DNA of 64,000 nucleotides from Asterias amurensis (taxonomy: Eukaryota), in contig NC_092661.1 in NCBI RefSeq assembly GCF_032118995.1, forward strand, positions 18,237,185 through 18,301,184, written 5' to 3'. A model generated the notes under the pieces. The model made no database searches, was not told the DNA's origin, and saw only the letters and a program-made list of their open reading frames with translations. Below are positions 46,859 to 60,378 of the stretch, one piece after another. Made by a program: the position numbers and the translations under genes. Each line of letters begins with the position of its first letter. The first letter of the stretch is position 1.

Positions 46859-49800
46859 GGACTCAGAGAGGACCACAACTCAACAACAGACCACAGGTCA
46901 ATGAACCCAAGTTGATATCACGAAGGAATCCCTTTGTGAAGTAATCACCTCCAAGCACCACAACAGTAAACCATCAATAGGAAGACAATATACGTCACAC
47001 CAGCATAACTCATTCCAATTTATTGAACCCGGACTGATTTTGAAATGTGTACAGTAATTGAATTACCAGCCGTCATATTTGAACGGTCAGAAGATGAAAT
47101 TCCCTGATAAGCTAGGGTCCTAGATACTGGTGGTAGTGTGAGAAGGAATTTGTGATTGGACAAAGTACAGGACATATGATCGAATACTTCTTCTTTTTCA
47201 AATTGATTGTCCATCTGGTAGCTAATACTTGTTCGTTCTAATACCCTAATACATGTAATAACAAAGTACACTATTGGTAAAATGATATCATGTAATAATG
47301 ACCGCATACACGCAAGCACTCTTTTGCTGAAGTGTACTTTTACTCTGAGCCAGTCCACTGGGGCGGAGATATTGTGCGGCTTATTCTGCATTATGATTTG
47401 ATTTAAGCTATTGATAGTTTCACACAATAATCCAGAATTCATTGAAAACATAAGGGGTGTCATTATCATGATCAACACAGAGGATCCACCCGAGGATTTC
47501 CCAAAACAAAACAGAATTTCTCATCAAAGCCTCGGAGTCGGACGCTGCTATTCGAGTACCAACAGCTTACTACCCTCTTACCCTCGCTACCCTTTAGCTA
47601 AATGTCAACACGAATGTTGCTTACTCATGCCAACATTATGGTTCACGATAACTAGTTGCACCAGGTGAAAGAAAACACACAACACTAATGTTCCTGATCT
47701 TTAGATGTTGACATTTCTTATGAAATAATGATGACCAAAACATGCTGTTGGAAAGGTTGCCTTACAGTCAAGGTTCCGTAAGACTTTTTTGAGAGAGACA
47801 CTTTTAACAGTACTCTGATAACTCTGGTAATCAGTGTGTATATTTCATGGACCCCACCCCTCCTCCCAGTGTTCCATTCCAGTCCACCACACCCAAGTCT
47901 TTTAATAAAATCTCCACCATAGACATTTTCTTCAAAAATCAATAGGGGGTGAAGATAACTTGAGATTGTCCTGGGCACGGAAATAACCTGGACAGCATTA
48001 TTCATATGATACAATTCAGAAGTTTTCAATTGGCCCCCTAAATGCACCCACAATGGATTCAAGCATTCAAATCTTTAACACAAAACAGCAAAAGTTAAGT
48101 TTGCAAACTATAATCAACACAAGAAATAGGACAGACCAAAACAAATTAAATTTCTCTCTGATTACTCCAAATGAAGAAATTGTAAATGCTTGACATTTCA
48201 TCAACAGCTTTATCATTAGCAGCAATGGAGTAGCTTTCAGACATCAACAAATGAAGAAGCAATTTGAAGGATACTGACACATTGTTACCAGCATGAGTCA
48301 GGAATATGTATTAGTACAAGCATTTATCATGATATCTGGCTGGCTGAAGTCATCTTCTTATAGGCCTTACAGTAATTCAAACCCAACCTGATCAACCTTA
48401 GATCCAATGTCACCATTTTGTCGCCAAATGAATAAAAGATCGCTCCAAGACATTTAAAGGCTTGGATGATTGATTAGGCATGCAATTTCACGGAGGCAAC
48501 TGCTTTCCTTGCCCAAACCTTGACCTTCATACTGCTTAAAAAACGGTCCAAAAGACATCATCATGTTTTAGTAGAAGAGGCCTAATTGTCCATTCAATAC
48601 TGACAGTCCACACCAGGTGGATCTTTATGTAGTAGAAAGTATAAACCATTAATAAATAAAAAGTCTGCAAGATGAAAAATGACAAGCGAGGTTCTAGCAG
48701 GAGGATGAACCATGGGATGAGTAAATTGATGATGCACAACTGGATGCATTCAGCCACAGAGGCAGTTTTTATTGGGCAGCGACAGATTAACTGTTTGATG
48801 AAACTGCTCCTCAATACCAAGCAAAACTTGCTAACTTTAAGACTATTCATTCCAAAGTATCTCCATTTATTACATTTAAAATCCCCATAAAATGGATTCA
48901 ATACTAAACAGAAACATAGCTTTTAATATATTGCCAATTAAAATGATTAATATTGTAAGCGTTTCTGCCATAAAGTTATATCCTTAGCACCTCAGATACA
49001 TAGCACAATACAGTTTATCAATTTCAAAGTGAAGTATCAGTGTTGAACTGAAGAAAAAAAAATCTTTTAAAACCCAAATCAAACCCCAACCCATTGTCAT
49101 GTTGTGGTTCTTGGTTCAATCATTCCCAATCAAAACATTACATGGTCATTCAAGAGTGCATCTTAACAGATGCTCCAGTCCAGTGTTTTTGAAATCCTCC
49201 ACACAGCACCTTAGGGCTATATCTCCTGGAAATCATTAAAGCACATCAGCAGATGAAAACAAGGAACGCGACATTAACAGTCAGGGTGCTCCTTTAACAT
49301 GATATGAAGGTTACTCCCCACCCCCCTAAAATAAAATACAAATCTGGTCAAGCTTCTGTAGAATACCTGGGGGTACTCAATATCTCATTTCAATAATATT
49401 TGGTTTGTGGAGGTCATCCGATCCTCACAAATCTATGTAAGGTCTTGTCAACCTGTCCCCCGGATAATTACATTTTCACCACGTACCTATTGATTGAATT
49501 AATACTATGTATAGTGACTGCCATACAGTGGGACAGTGTAAGATGGGTCTAGAAAAAGTGTTGGTTAGAGTATTTAGGTTTGTAGGGTAGTGAGATTGTG
49601 ACGTGTTGTATATCATGCCCGGAGGTGGATCAAGCAATGATCAGGGTATCAGATGAGAACGCTATAACTCCCTGCTTCGCTCTCGTTATCATTTAGAGAG
49701 CTTGAGAAATTGGTGTACAGAGAAAAATAAGATCAGATGACTGCTTTGGGGACGGACGTTGGAACAAAATCAGAGTTTGACATCCTGGACACTGTAAGGA

Positions 49801-50825
49801 GTATGATTGGGGTTTAACAACTCAGTCGGTGTCTTTCTTGTTTTGGAGGTTAGCGTGTCAAGATGATACGATCGGGTGACTAGTTGGGGAATAGAGACAT
49901 TGAAGCAACATTGAGGGTTAGACTTTCAAAGGACAGTTAAAGCATGGTTAAATATAATATGACTGGGGGAAATTGTGTGTACTAGAAATCCAAACATGCT
50001 CTTTAAACTAGATGTGTAAACTTCATGTACAGTTTTATCCCCTTGCTTTGAATATATGAATTTCTTTCTTCAGCTTTTGTCAGTTTGTTTAATTAGATTT
50101 CCAACAGCAAGTGTTTGGGATGTACATGCATTTTTAAAACAAACTCGGCCCATTCCCAAAACCCATGGCCACAACAACATTTAAGAGATAAAGATTAAGG
50201 CAAAATTTAATTCACTTTCTCTGTGAACTAAACTTAAAGATAACTCCATCTTGATTCCCGCTTCAACTAAAGTAATTTATGTTCCTTCCATTTTCATAAG
50301 ACACAAGGAAAGGACAGAAGGCTTAAATCTTCCTTCACACTTGATAAGTGCATAATCTACCATAGGGAATTCACTGTAATGGACTTGTTCTCACTATGTC
50401 ATAAACTTCAATAAAAACTGAAGACAGTTCTTAAAGAAACTTTAAGACAAATGTGTTGGTTGAGGACAGAAGAAGATTTTATTTACTGCAGAGAAAACGG
50501 ATTTTGATAACTGCCTAGATTGCCCCACATACAAATCTAAGCAGCACTAAGAACTTAACACCCATCAATATCTATCACAAGCAGATCCTCAAATACTGTT
50601 GGCCTATCTTTTATTTTATTGCGAACACTATTGTGTGTAAGTTATGAATCGTGGAAGAAAACGTTTGAGACCAAGAACTGAAGATCATGTTATTTGATTG
50701 AAGTCAGGAAACTAAATAGCATGTCAAAACAGAAAGTTGATTGGATTGGCCTCACACTTGGAAAGGAATGTTGGAAGTTCTGTCTCAAGGCATTTTTCAA
50801 GAAGGTGTGATTTCAAAGAAACACA

Positions 50826-51190
50826 TTTAAAGGCACTGCACACTATTGGTAATTACTCAAAACAGTTGCTAGCATGAAAGCTTACTTGGTTACGAGCAAT
50901 TGAGAGCTGTTGAAGTATCAAACATTTTGAGACACGGCTCCCTCTGAAGTAATATAGTGGCTGAGAAAGAGGTAATTTCTCACCTAAATATTATAAGACT
51001 TCAGGCGGCCTGAAGCCTTTTAGGCATCTAAAGGCACACAAATTTGTGTATCAAGGGTGTTTTTTCCTTCAATTATTTCTTGCAACTTCAATGACCAATT
51101 TAGATTTGTTATTTTATGCATTGTTGAAATACACCAAGTTAGAGTACCAGTCTTTAACAGTTATACTAAAGGTGTCCAGTGCCTATAATG
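50826..51190 (-). mobile_element. MITE family A, diverged copy (inverted orientation).
   Basis: The TIR tttaaaggcactgcacactattggtaatt is recognisable. The internal region is more diverged. Confidence 0.7.
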
Positions 51191-53228
51191 GAAATGTGTT
51201 GTTCCATACTACTCCTGGCTGAGGGGATGTGTGATCATACAATATAGTACCTCTATAGTTATTTTGTTCCTTTGGATCCAGTGTCTGCCATGGTCATAGT
51301 CGTTTTCTAAAGTCAGTGACCCAATCAATCATGGCATGAACCATGTGGTAGACCTCCTGTGGGATTGGATGGGTCATACATGGGTCACAATCAAATGTTG
51401 ACATACCCCCAACCATTATGATACATCATGCTATAAGAGAAGCTTGTGTGGATTTTCATTATTGATCATTGTGTGATGGATCGGCCCTAAGCTTTAGACA
51501 GATCATTCATACTTAAGGCAAGTCTGCTCCCTCTATATAGCCCCATATAGGACTCTTCCTCTGTAGTATTATAGTTAAATATAGGTGTAAAACCTCCAGA
51601 GCTAATCCTAGAGAAACAAGGGGGGGGGGGGGCGTCTGAGGGTCCATTTGTAAACTTTCAATTCACCTCTTTGTGCTCACTTGTTGCCTTTTCAAAAAAA
51701 AAAAAATCATGGACAATTTAAGAAATCTGTTAGTTAGAAAAGGGCTGAATAATGACATTATCTGCTTGTTTCAATTATTAAAACATACAGAACTACTACA
51801 AATACAAGCTGTTAGGCTTTGAATTGATATCTTTTCCATGTTTCGACCTACAAATACAAATACTCAAGTCAAACCATTGGTTGCATATGAATGGTAAAAT
51901 CATTTCAACTCCAAAGATGATTCTATTACTGCTGCCTTTTGTACCACACCGGGATAGGTATAACCGAAGGGCTACACAGAGTTCAATAAACTCACAACGG
52001 CATACATATTTGGAAGTCGGCTCTCTAGAATGCAAATCAGATGGCCTTGGAAATTTCAGAAAGAATTCCTTGAAATTTTTAAGAGAAATTGCTGAATGAA
52101 AGGATGATACTGTACACGAGAGGCTTGAGCAGCAGCAGCAGTATATAACAGATGAGAACAGCAACAGGGGTAGATGATGCAACAGCTAGGCAGGCACAGC
52201 AGCATGGGGGTAACAACAGCTGAGATAACAGCCTCTGAAATCATCTTGAGCAAACTAAGCAGCAACTTGTCTAACTACATATCTTTTCTTCATCTTGCAC
52301 AAATATAATCCCTCCTAACCTGTCAAGGATAAGTTTTTTCTACAGTGTTATTTTTCACTCCATCTTGATTTTTCATCAAATAGAGATTAAAGTGCCAAGC
52401 CTGATTTGCAGATAAATTTACCAAATGATGAAAAAACAACACTGATGTCTGAAGATTTGATTCAGAAGCAAAAACATGACGTAGTACCGCCACATTGAAA
52501 GGTCAGCTCTAAGAATAATTTTAAAAACCTGTAGATTTTATAGAGGGATTTTCTTGTCTCTTCAAAATGGATTGTGAGGCCTAAGTAGTATTTGTGAGTA
52601 AAATCTGATGACTTGAGTACTTTGTGACAGTTGGGGTTGCCCTTTTCACCCAACTTTCAGGCTTTGTGGCATTGTGAAAGCATAAGCCTGAAAAGATTAA
52701 TATTGGAATTTTGAGATTTTTTTAAAAACCAAAATGAAAGCACAATAACCTCCAACTCCTCCAGTCTTTCTTTATAACTGAGCAGTTTGTGGTCATAACA
52801 AGTCGGCCAATGCTTCTTTATCTGTGTTTGGGGCCAATTAGAGACACCTAGCCTTGTTTATAGCATTACTTGGAAGGTTTAAAACCAACTGTAAAATGAT
52901 TAACCCAGACAAATGACCTTAAACATAACAAAACAAAACCACTTTATAGACACCTGTCCTTCTCTTCCACAAAATGCGAACCCCTACAGTTGTAGTGACA
53001 TACTCCAGGCATGAAGTCAACTGAAATCATTATTGGTAGGTGTACATGTATGTGTTCCTGTGCAGAAAAAAACTCATGGTTCATAATCCACAACACTATC
53101 CAGACTTCCTCAACCAGTGATCTTTGTTCAGAAGGTTTTTGCTCAAGATGGGAGGGAAATCAAAGTGTCTTTAACTATATTATCCGGGAAATGTTCGTCC
53201 TATAACTATAAAAAAAATAAGGGAATAA

Positions 53229-53372
53229 AAGGGCAGCGACGAGTTTTTCAACGTACATTTTAAGTCGGCAGGGTCGGCGGCCGTGTGATTAAAGGCCCGA
53301 GCCAGAGGCGAGGGCCTTTATCGCACAGCAACGACCCTGCAAGATTTTAAACGGACGTTGAAGAACGAGTCA
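53229..53372. repeat. Hairpin H2 (nested inverted repeats) directly 5' of F2.
   Basis: gacgagtttttcaacgtacattttaagtcggcagggtcg ... cgaccctgcaagattttaaacggacgttgaagaacgagtc, with an inner aaaggccc...gggccttt stem. Confidence 0.7.
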
Positions 53373-53387
53373 CTACTCTTTTATTCC

Positions 53388-53712
53388 CATTCATAAATGC
53401 CCTTTTGTTAAAAAACGGAAACAAATACAGTTATAGACACTTTAACAATTGAAAATTCAAGGTTTTATTAATTTTGTTCCAAAACTTTGTGAAGAATCTG
53501 TTCGAGGCGCGTGGGTTGTGTGTATGCGCTCGCGCTAAGATTACACGCTGACAGCTATGATTTGCGCGTTTCGCGTGATAATCTTGCGCGCCCGACACGC
53601 GGAAGCCAGCTCAGTGTGCATAAACAGAGCTCCAGTGTGCATTAACAAAAGGTTTATCACACCCATGTGACGCGCTCTCCATCAAGAGAAACTGTCTGGG
53701 GTATTTATGAAT
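53388..53712. mobile_element. TIR element family F, second copy.
   Basis: cccattcataaatgccc ... ggggtatttatgaat. The GC-rich centre is diverged from the copy at 33146. Confidence 0.65.
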
Positions 53713-54286
53713 ATAAAAATAGCTCTTGCAAACTGCTTACAAACTAAACGGACCTTTGGTATAGCTGGAAAACACAGTTAACAGCCTTACGACCCTAGCA
53801 GAGTCTTTCTCAAAGGCTAAACGACAACACAACCAACTCTAACTGTGCTAAAACTAATTGCTGTTTCAATTATATAGGGGTGGGGTGGGAATATCAGTAA
53901 AATTCACTTTTGTGGATGTATTACACAATCCTCTTGTAAAAAAACAAAGCCATTAAAAATGCCATCTCAGCAAGTTGAATTTGAGACACAGCCATAAACT
54001 TGCCAGCCATACTGGTGGGGACACACACATACAATAAATCTGTCAAATGACTTGATACGATGAAAGTCATACATAACAGACCGTCATAATTCAGGCTAGT
54101 CACTATAACAGCTGAATCTCAAACAACAGAGTCTTCATCTTAGGGAACCCTTAAATGACATCGAGACATCTCTGTACACCTTTCAATCATTTCAAACAGA
54201 CTATCAAACCTTTATGGATGAATGTTAATACAAGCCATAATATGGGAACCATTTTCGGCCATTCTCCTTGTACGAGTGGACTAACA

Positions 54287-54536
54287 GGGCCCAATTTCAT
54301 GGCTCTGCTTACCGCCGAATTCTGCGCTTACAATCGCAATTCCCCGCTTACGTGCAAGCGCCGAATTTCTGCCCTAGCCTTGTAAGCGTAGAATGCCTAG
54401 TAACGTGGAGTACACACGCGCAGAAGCCCAAATTCGCCGCTAACCTGTGAAATACGCTTGGGGTAAGCACAGAATTCCCTGCTTCTGTAAGCGCCGATTT
54501 TGTGCTTACGGTAAGCAGAGCCATGAGATTGGGCCC
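54287..54536. mobile_element. MITE family D-related, full copy.
   Basis: gggcccaatttcatggctctgcttacc...ggtaagcagagccatgagattgggccc. About 80% identical by eye to 39762..39996. Confidence 0.85.
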
Positions 54537-54910
54537 AGTACACCCATGGTGGTCATTACTGGTGATTTTCTTCCCCCATGAATTCATTCATGTAAAGTTT
54601 CAGCTGCTCCTAGAGACACAGGGGGCAAGTCATTATGAAGAATAAAATAAATATCTGATTACAAAACCATATTTTGATCCAAGAGTCAACATAATTGCAA
54701 CATGAATGCTGTACTGATGATAAAACCATGTTGTAATATAATCAGATTTTAAACACCATACACTTTTCACCTTTTAAAGCTACAAACAAAACTATCAGTC
54801 ACGTATCGTTTGGGTATATTGTTACATAGCCTTTAAGAAGTGCCAAATCATTGCACATTTTGTAACCTCCTTGAACAAAACAGCAACAAGCAACTTGTTT
54901 TCCAAATTGT

Positions 54911-55245
54911 TTTAAAGGCAGTGGACACTATTATTAATTACTCAAAATAATTATCAGCACAAAACCCCACTTGGTAAGGAGTAATGGGGAGAGGTTGAAG
55001 TGACGTAGTTTTCAAAGTAATTTTCCACGTATTTGATTTCGAGACCTAAAGTTTAGAATTTGAGGTCTCGAAATCAAGCATCTGAAAGCACACAACTTCG
55101 TGTGACAAGGGTGTTATAGTTATCTCGCAACTCCGACGACCAATCGAGCTCAAATTTTCACAGGTGTGTTATTTTATGCATTTGTTGAGATACACCAAGT
55201 GAGAAGATTGGTCTTTGACAATTACCAATAGTGTCCCGTGTCAAA
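54911..55245 (-). mobile_element. MITE family A, copy with an internal deletion (inverted orientation).
   Basis: TIRs and the gatttcgagacc...ggtctcgaaatc palindrome are present. About 50 bp shorter than full copies. Confidence 0.8.
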
Positions 55246-56571
55246 TTTGTTACTAAATTTTCGCAAGGTTCTCACAGGGGTTTATCACGAAGAACATCAA
55301 ACACATAAATTTGTGAAGTAGAGAAAAGGTTCTGCTTAGCAGAGGCAATCACACAAAAACATTTAGTAATGAATACTGTTCATGGCTGGTTCCTGGTCCC
55401 TTTTGATAGACCCTTTCTTTTTCAATCGGTAGCTCTATATGAGTGACTAGGTGTTGTACCACCCCTTTGTAGGAGGTGATTATTTGTGCACACTTGTAGA
55501 TAATGTCAAGGAGGTGTTTACATAGGCCTTTCATAAATAAGTGACTATGCAAGAATAACATCAATTGGGTCAATCAGTGCATGTACATGTCTGAAAAAGC
55601 AATAAAAATACCTGCTACAATTCTTCAACAAAGGACTAACTGTACATTCTCTCTGTCTGCTGCCCGGGATTATTATTTTAAAGTGGAATAATATTTCATC
55701 AGGAATGGAATGGGGACATGGTAGAGTAACCATAAAAGGTTAGTCAGCATTATACAAACAGTCTGTATGATTGTTGTACTCCATAATGACCCTAAGTTTT
55801 AATTAATTACATCATTTAAGTCTAATTTTACATCTTGCATTCAAAATCAAATAACATCTTATGAAAAATAAATTACGATTTTCATACAGTTTTCACTGAA
55901 GTGACTAACACATATGTTGTGATTAAGATTCTGATAGTGATTCACTGATACACAACCAAAAGCCTTCCAGATATTTTGCCATTTTCAATTCCAAATGTAA
56001 ATTTGTCTTCTGACATGCCGGGAGGCAAGGTGGGTGAGAGAGGGGCTATCTCTGGGCTCGTAACTCTCCTCTCCAAAAATCCAATGCTTTCCAGTGAACC
56101 ATCATCAACCTTTGGTCATATCTTATCCCAAAAATGGTTTGTCCATTCTTGGTTTAACATATAGCACCTGAGGGGGGAGATGGGACCCTCCGTGCCAGTG
56201 CATATTAAAAAGCTATTTCAGAGTTCTATTTCATTAGCAAGTGGTCAGATGAATTGGTATTCTATTTGTCTATCTCATACAGTGTTAGTTTGCTTTGGGG
56301 AATGTTATGCTACTGATTTCCAGGATTCACTATGCAAGACCATAATCTTAAGCTTTGCTAATTGATTAGGTCCCATGTATCTCACCAGAAGTGAAGAGTT
56401 CCCCATGATCTTTGTTTTAACCAGAATATGGAAGACAAATGTGCAGTGAATTTGCTTTAACTAACAAAAACACAAGAGCTAAAAACCGCTTGAAAAAAGG
56501 GGAGCAAATTTGCCTTTTCAATAAAGAACTCTCCAAAAAAGATTTCTTAAAAAATATCTCATTGTCTTTGG

Positions 56572-56946
56572 TTAAAGCCATTGGACCCTTTCGGTAAACA
56601 GTATTGTCCAATGCCCACACTTCGTGTATCACAACTTCTATATCAAATAACAAACCTGTGAAAATTTGGGCTTAATCGGCCATCGGAGTCGGGAGAAAGT
56701 AACGGAAAAACCCACCCTTGTATCCGCGCGTTTTGCCGTGTCATGACATGTGTTTAAAATAAATCCGTAATTCTTGTTAACGAGAATTGATATTGTTTTA
56801 CTGTTTTCTCAAAAAGTAAAGCATTTCATGGAATAATATTTCAAGAGAAGTATTTCACCACTACCTTCTGTAAACCCTGTAAGTTATTTGTAAATCTGTG
56901 AACTTTTTCTTTTTTTTCTGTACCGAAAAGGTCCAATGGCTTTAAA
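56572..56946 (+). mobile_element. MITE family C, full copy.
   Basis: Both TIRs present, with the internal poly-T near the 3' end. Confidence 0.85.
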
Positions 56947-59759
56947 AATGTACTTAACTTTATCATAAGTCTGCCTTGGCTTCAAATCAACAATATTGTG
57001 CCAACAGTTGAACCACTTGAACATAGCAATAGAGCAAGTCATAGGTGAACAGTTACATCTCATATAAAAATCACTGTTGCTTGCATCTCTTTTCCATAAA
57101 AATAACATTAAATCTTGGATTCTTGTCAATTCAACCACAAACATACTTTCTAATGTCATTTTCAACCAAGCAATTCCTAATAACTCACCACTTGCGCAGC
57201 AGTTAAAAGACAACATCTCTTTGCACTCAACACTGAACTATACATATGTCTGTGTCTGGGTTTTACTTAAGTGTCTGACTATATTGGATGACCTCTTTTT
57301 CAAGAGCCAGACAAACCAGGTGTAGACATATGGATGCTGCCAAGTTAATTTCTGGTGATAGTAGGCCTATACAAACTGTGATAACTTGACATTATTCACT
57401 TGCTCAAGGCTGTGTTTTGATACCATGACATGTTGTATCAAATTGATTAGAGAGTGTGTATTGTACCCAGTTGGATATTTCACCAACTGGTGAAGAAAAT
57501 TACTTTCATGACAATCGAAATGCCACTGGAAAATACATATGTCATGTTCCTATTCTTGTGTGAATTTAAAAAGTAATCACAATCTAAACTAGACCAGATT
57601 GTAATATCTGACACAAGTATTTCAAAGTCGTTTTCAAGTCTACTTCAGGCCTGTATGTTTTGTTTTTGAAAGGGCAAGGGCACCAAGGCATTTTCCCTTT
57701 ACCAAGGGGCATGAGGAGATTGTAAACTTCTACTGTAGAGCATTTGAATGGCACCAAGGCAATGGGCAGGGGGTATGGAAGCATTCGCCTTCATTGCCTC
57801 TGAAGTATCAGGCCTGCTACTTTGTGCAAAACAAGATCCATCACACACACAAAAACACTGCTCAGCAAAACCCCTTTGGATTTGTCAACAAGAGGTGGCG
57901 GTAAAAGATGAAGGTTCATTGAAAGGTCTACTCAATTTGCCCTCCTCTTCACCCTGAGCCGATAGAGAAATTAATACCAGGAACACACATCAAAGGGAAA
58001 GACTGATAGTAACATGCTGCTGAGAGCAATAAACACCTTCTTACTCACTCCCCCACCAATTCCAATAAGAGAAATTTAAATCAAACCTGACTGCAATCTA
58101 GCCAGGCTTTCCTCTGTAAAGTTCACAACCTTATTAAGGTTGTATCAAGTTAAATTTACCTCCAAACCAGTGACAAACAAACATCTTCACTTAACCCATT
58201 AAATAATCCTCAAAGTGACAAATTTCAATCCCTTCTACGGGGGTGGTTAATGTCCAGTCATCAAAACGTCTTCACTTGTATGTTCAGTTCAGAATGTTTG
58301 ATCTTATATCACACAATTTCAACTTGTTCTTTATAGCTTGCAACAACAACTTCTATCTTCGTGCTTGGTAAGTTATCTCCTTGATACTCAAGGAGGAAGT
58401 TGAACAAGGAAAGGGATGAAAAACAATATTGGAAGTTAACTAGACTTGAAGGTGGGAATACAAAGCAGGTTTTATGGTGACACTACAAAAATAACACCAT
58501 GAGTTGATGGTTTGGAATTGTTACACCATCAGTTCTATTCAACACCAACACAACTCACACATTATTTCCATGGTGTTACTCAAACACGACAAGATAACTA
58601 AGACATTACAAGACTAACCTAGAAGGGCTCAAATTCATATCCAAATTCTTTTCCTTTGACTTGGAGCATGGAGCATGCTTGGAGTGACTCAGTACTAGAA
58701 ATCAACCCACGCTTGGCTGGACAGACACGTTTTATTGTTTTTTAGTGGAGTTGAGTTGCCACACTGATGGATACATGATTTCGGGGATTGGGGGAAATCA
58801 CTTAAAAAATCATGAAGAAGATATGATGAGCAACGTGCAAAACTTCTATCAGGAAAGTTTTCATTTTTCTCTTACTGGATGGGTCCTAAACACAACACTT
58901 ACAAAATTTGATTACAGTATCTCATTGTCAAATAGGTTATCAAAATGGCAGTCATTATGAAGACATGAATCCTATTAAAGAAAGAATGTCATCCTTGAGA
59001 GAAAGAAGTGTTGTTTCTGTTATATCACAGACTATGCTTCAATGGTATTCATTATGGTTTGGTAGTTAAACCCTACATTAAACCCTAAGTATTATTTACA
59101 AATGTCATCACCTATGCTGTTAAATTATTCTGTCAAGAATATAAATAGAAAAACCTGGGGTGGAATACTATCCAACCCAAACCCAACACAATACTTTGAG
59201 AAAGTATCCTTTGAGATAAACCTTTTCCAAACTTGAGTCCACCAGACAAACTTTTGCAAACAAGTTCAATACTTGTTATCATTACTGATATTTGTTGATT
59301 TGTCTTTTCCAGGAAATTGGACAGATAAGATGCCAATCTATGGCACTAAATGACAGTCACTAAGTAACTAGAATCAGCCAACACTCCACAATAAGTTACT
59401 GGCAATTAAACATCTTTGATGATACAGAAACAACTTTGAAAACTTCGACCAACCAAAAACTTATTTATAACCTCCTTGTTAAAAAAGAAATTCACACAAA
59501 AACAGAAAAGCTTTCAGGAAAATTACTGGCCAGACTTCCAACATCACTTCGCAACCATCAATCCAATAAAACAACGTAAAAGCAAGTGACTAAATACATC
59601 AATAAAAATGTCAACCATAAAATCTCTTCCAGTGAAATAAATCCAGACTCTTTTACCTTGTTCTTGGAGAACAGTCCTTTCATTCCGCACTTAGCCACGT
59701 TTGATGCCTTGTCTAAACTCCGATACAAAGTAATAATTCCTTTTGATTACCAAATCCAA

Positions 59760-60060
59760 TCTTGTATCCCCTGGTGGTGCGGCGCGGTCCCGCAACTAGC
59801 AATAAGACTCACCAAGTGAGACCAGTGCATCATCTGCCGACTCTATTCGGTGTGACTGACCGACATTTCCAAACAGTTAAGAGCACTTGCTGCTTGGGGC
59901 CTGGGCTACATGCCAAAAGCAGAGGCACTCCAGTAGTGGTATGCGCTACAAAGCAATCAGAGTCAGGCATGTGGGCAGTGTACTGCAGACATACTGCGGT
60001 TTTGTTAGAATGCTGGTGGGTACGGACTATTCCAAACTAACATGGGGGTGGCACATGAGT
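59760..60060. other. Local GC-rich (~55% by eye) island of unknown nature, with overlapping plus-strand ORFs of 77-92 aa.
   Basis: Base composition contrasts with the AT-rich flanks. No recognisable protein or ncRNA signature. No splice-consistent exon found. Confidence 0.3.
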
Positions 60061-60314
60061 CACAGCAACTTTTATTCATTAGATGTGGAGCCTATGTTGG
60101 CTAAATTGCACATCATCCATTTCGTCAATTGTTTTAGGAATGCTACTCTTTGAAAGGAATTAATCCATCAGATATGTTGTTTTAATAGATGGAAGTTTAA
60201 CATGGGGATAAAAAGTATTATTTTTTGGTTTTACCCATATACATCAATGTGTGTTAGCAATATACTCAGTGCTTTCCCAGTGTCTGTAGTAGAAACAAAT
60301 CATAGGCATATTAC

Positions 60315-60378
60315 TAGGGTGGGATTTGAACCCATGACCTTGCAATTCTAGAGCATTGTCTTACCAACTAGCCCACCC
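60315..60378 (-). repeat. Second tRNA-like degenerate unit (B-box GGGTTCAAATCCCACCC; D-loop-like TAGTTGGTAAG).
   Basis: Reverse complement gggtgggctagttggtaagacaatgctctagaattgcaaggtcatgggttcaaatcccaccctag. It does not fold into a cloverleaf by hand. Confidence 0.4.

Noticed and set aside
47020-47478. 152-aa minus-strand ORF
   Set aside because: No recognisable domain, no splice-consistent boundaries, and the composition is like surrounding non-coding DNA. An open frame of this length is within chance expectation for about 128 kb of six-frame sequence.
51796-52265. CAG/CAA-rich stretch (cagcagcagcag..caacag) suggestive of a poly-Q coding exon
   Set aside because: It is interrupted by stop codons in the CAG frame on the plus strand. 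The overlapping minus-strand ORFs are low-complexity with no splice-site support.
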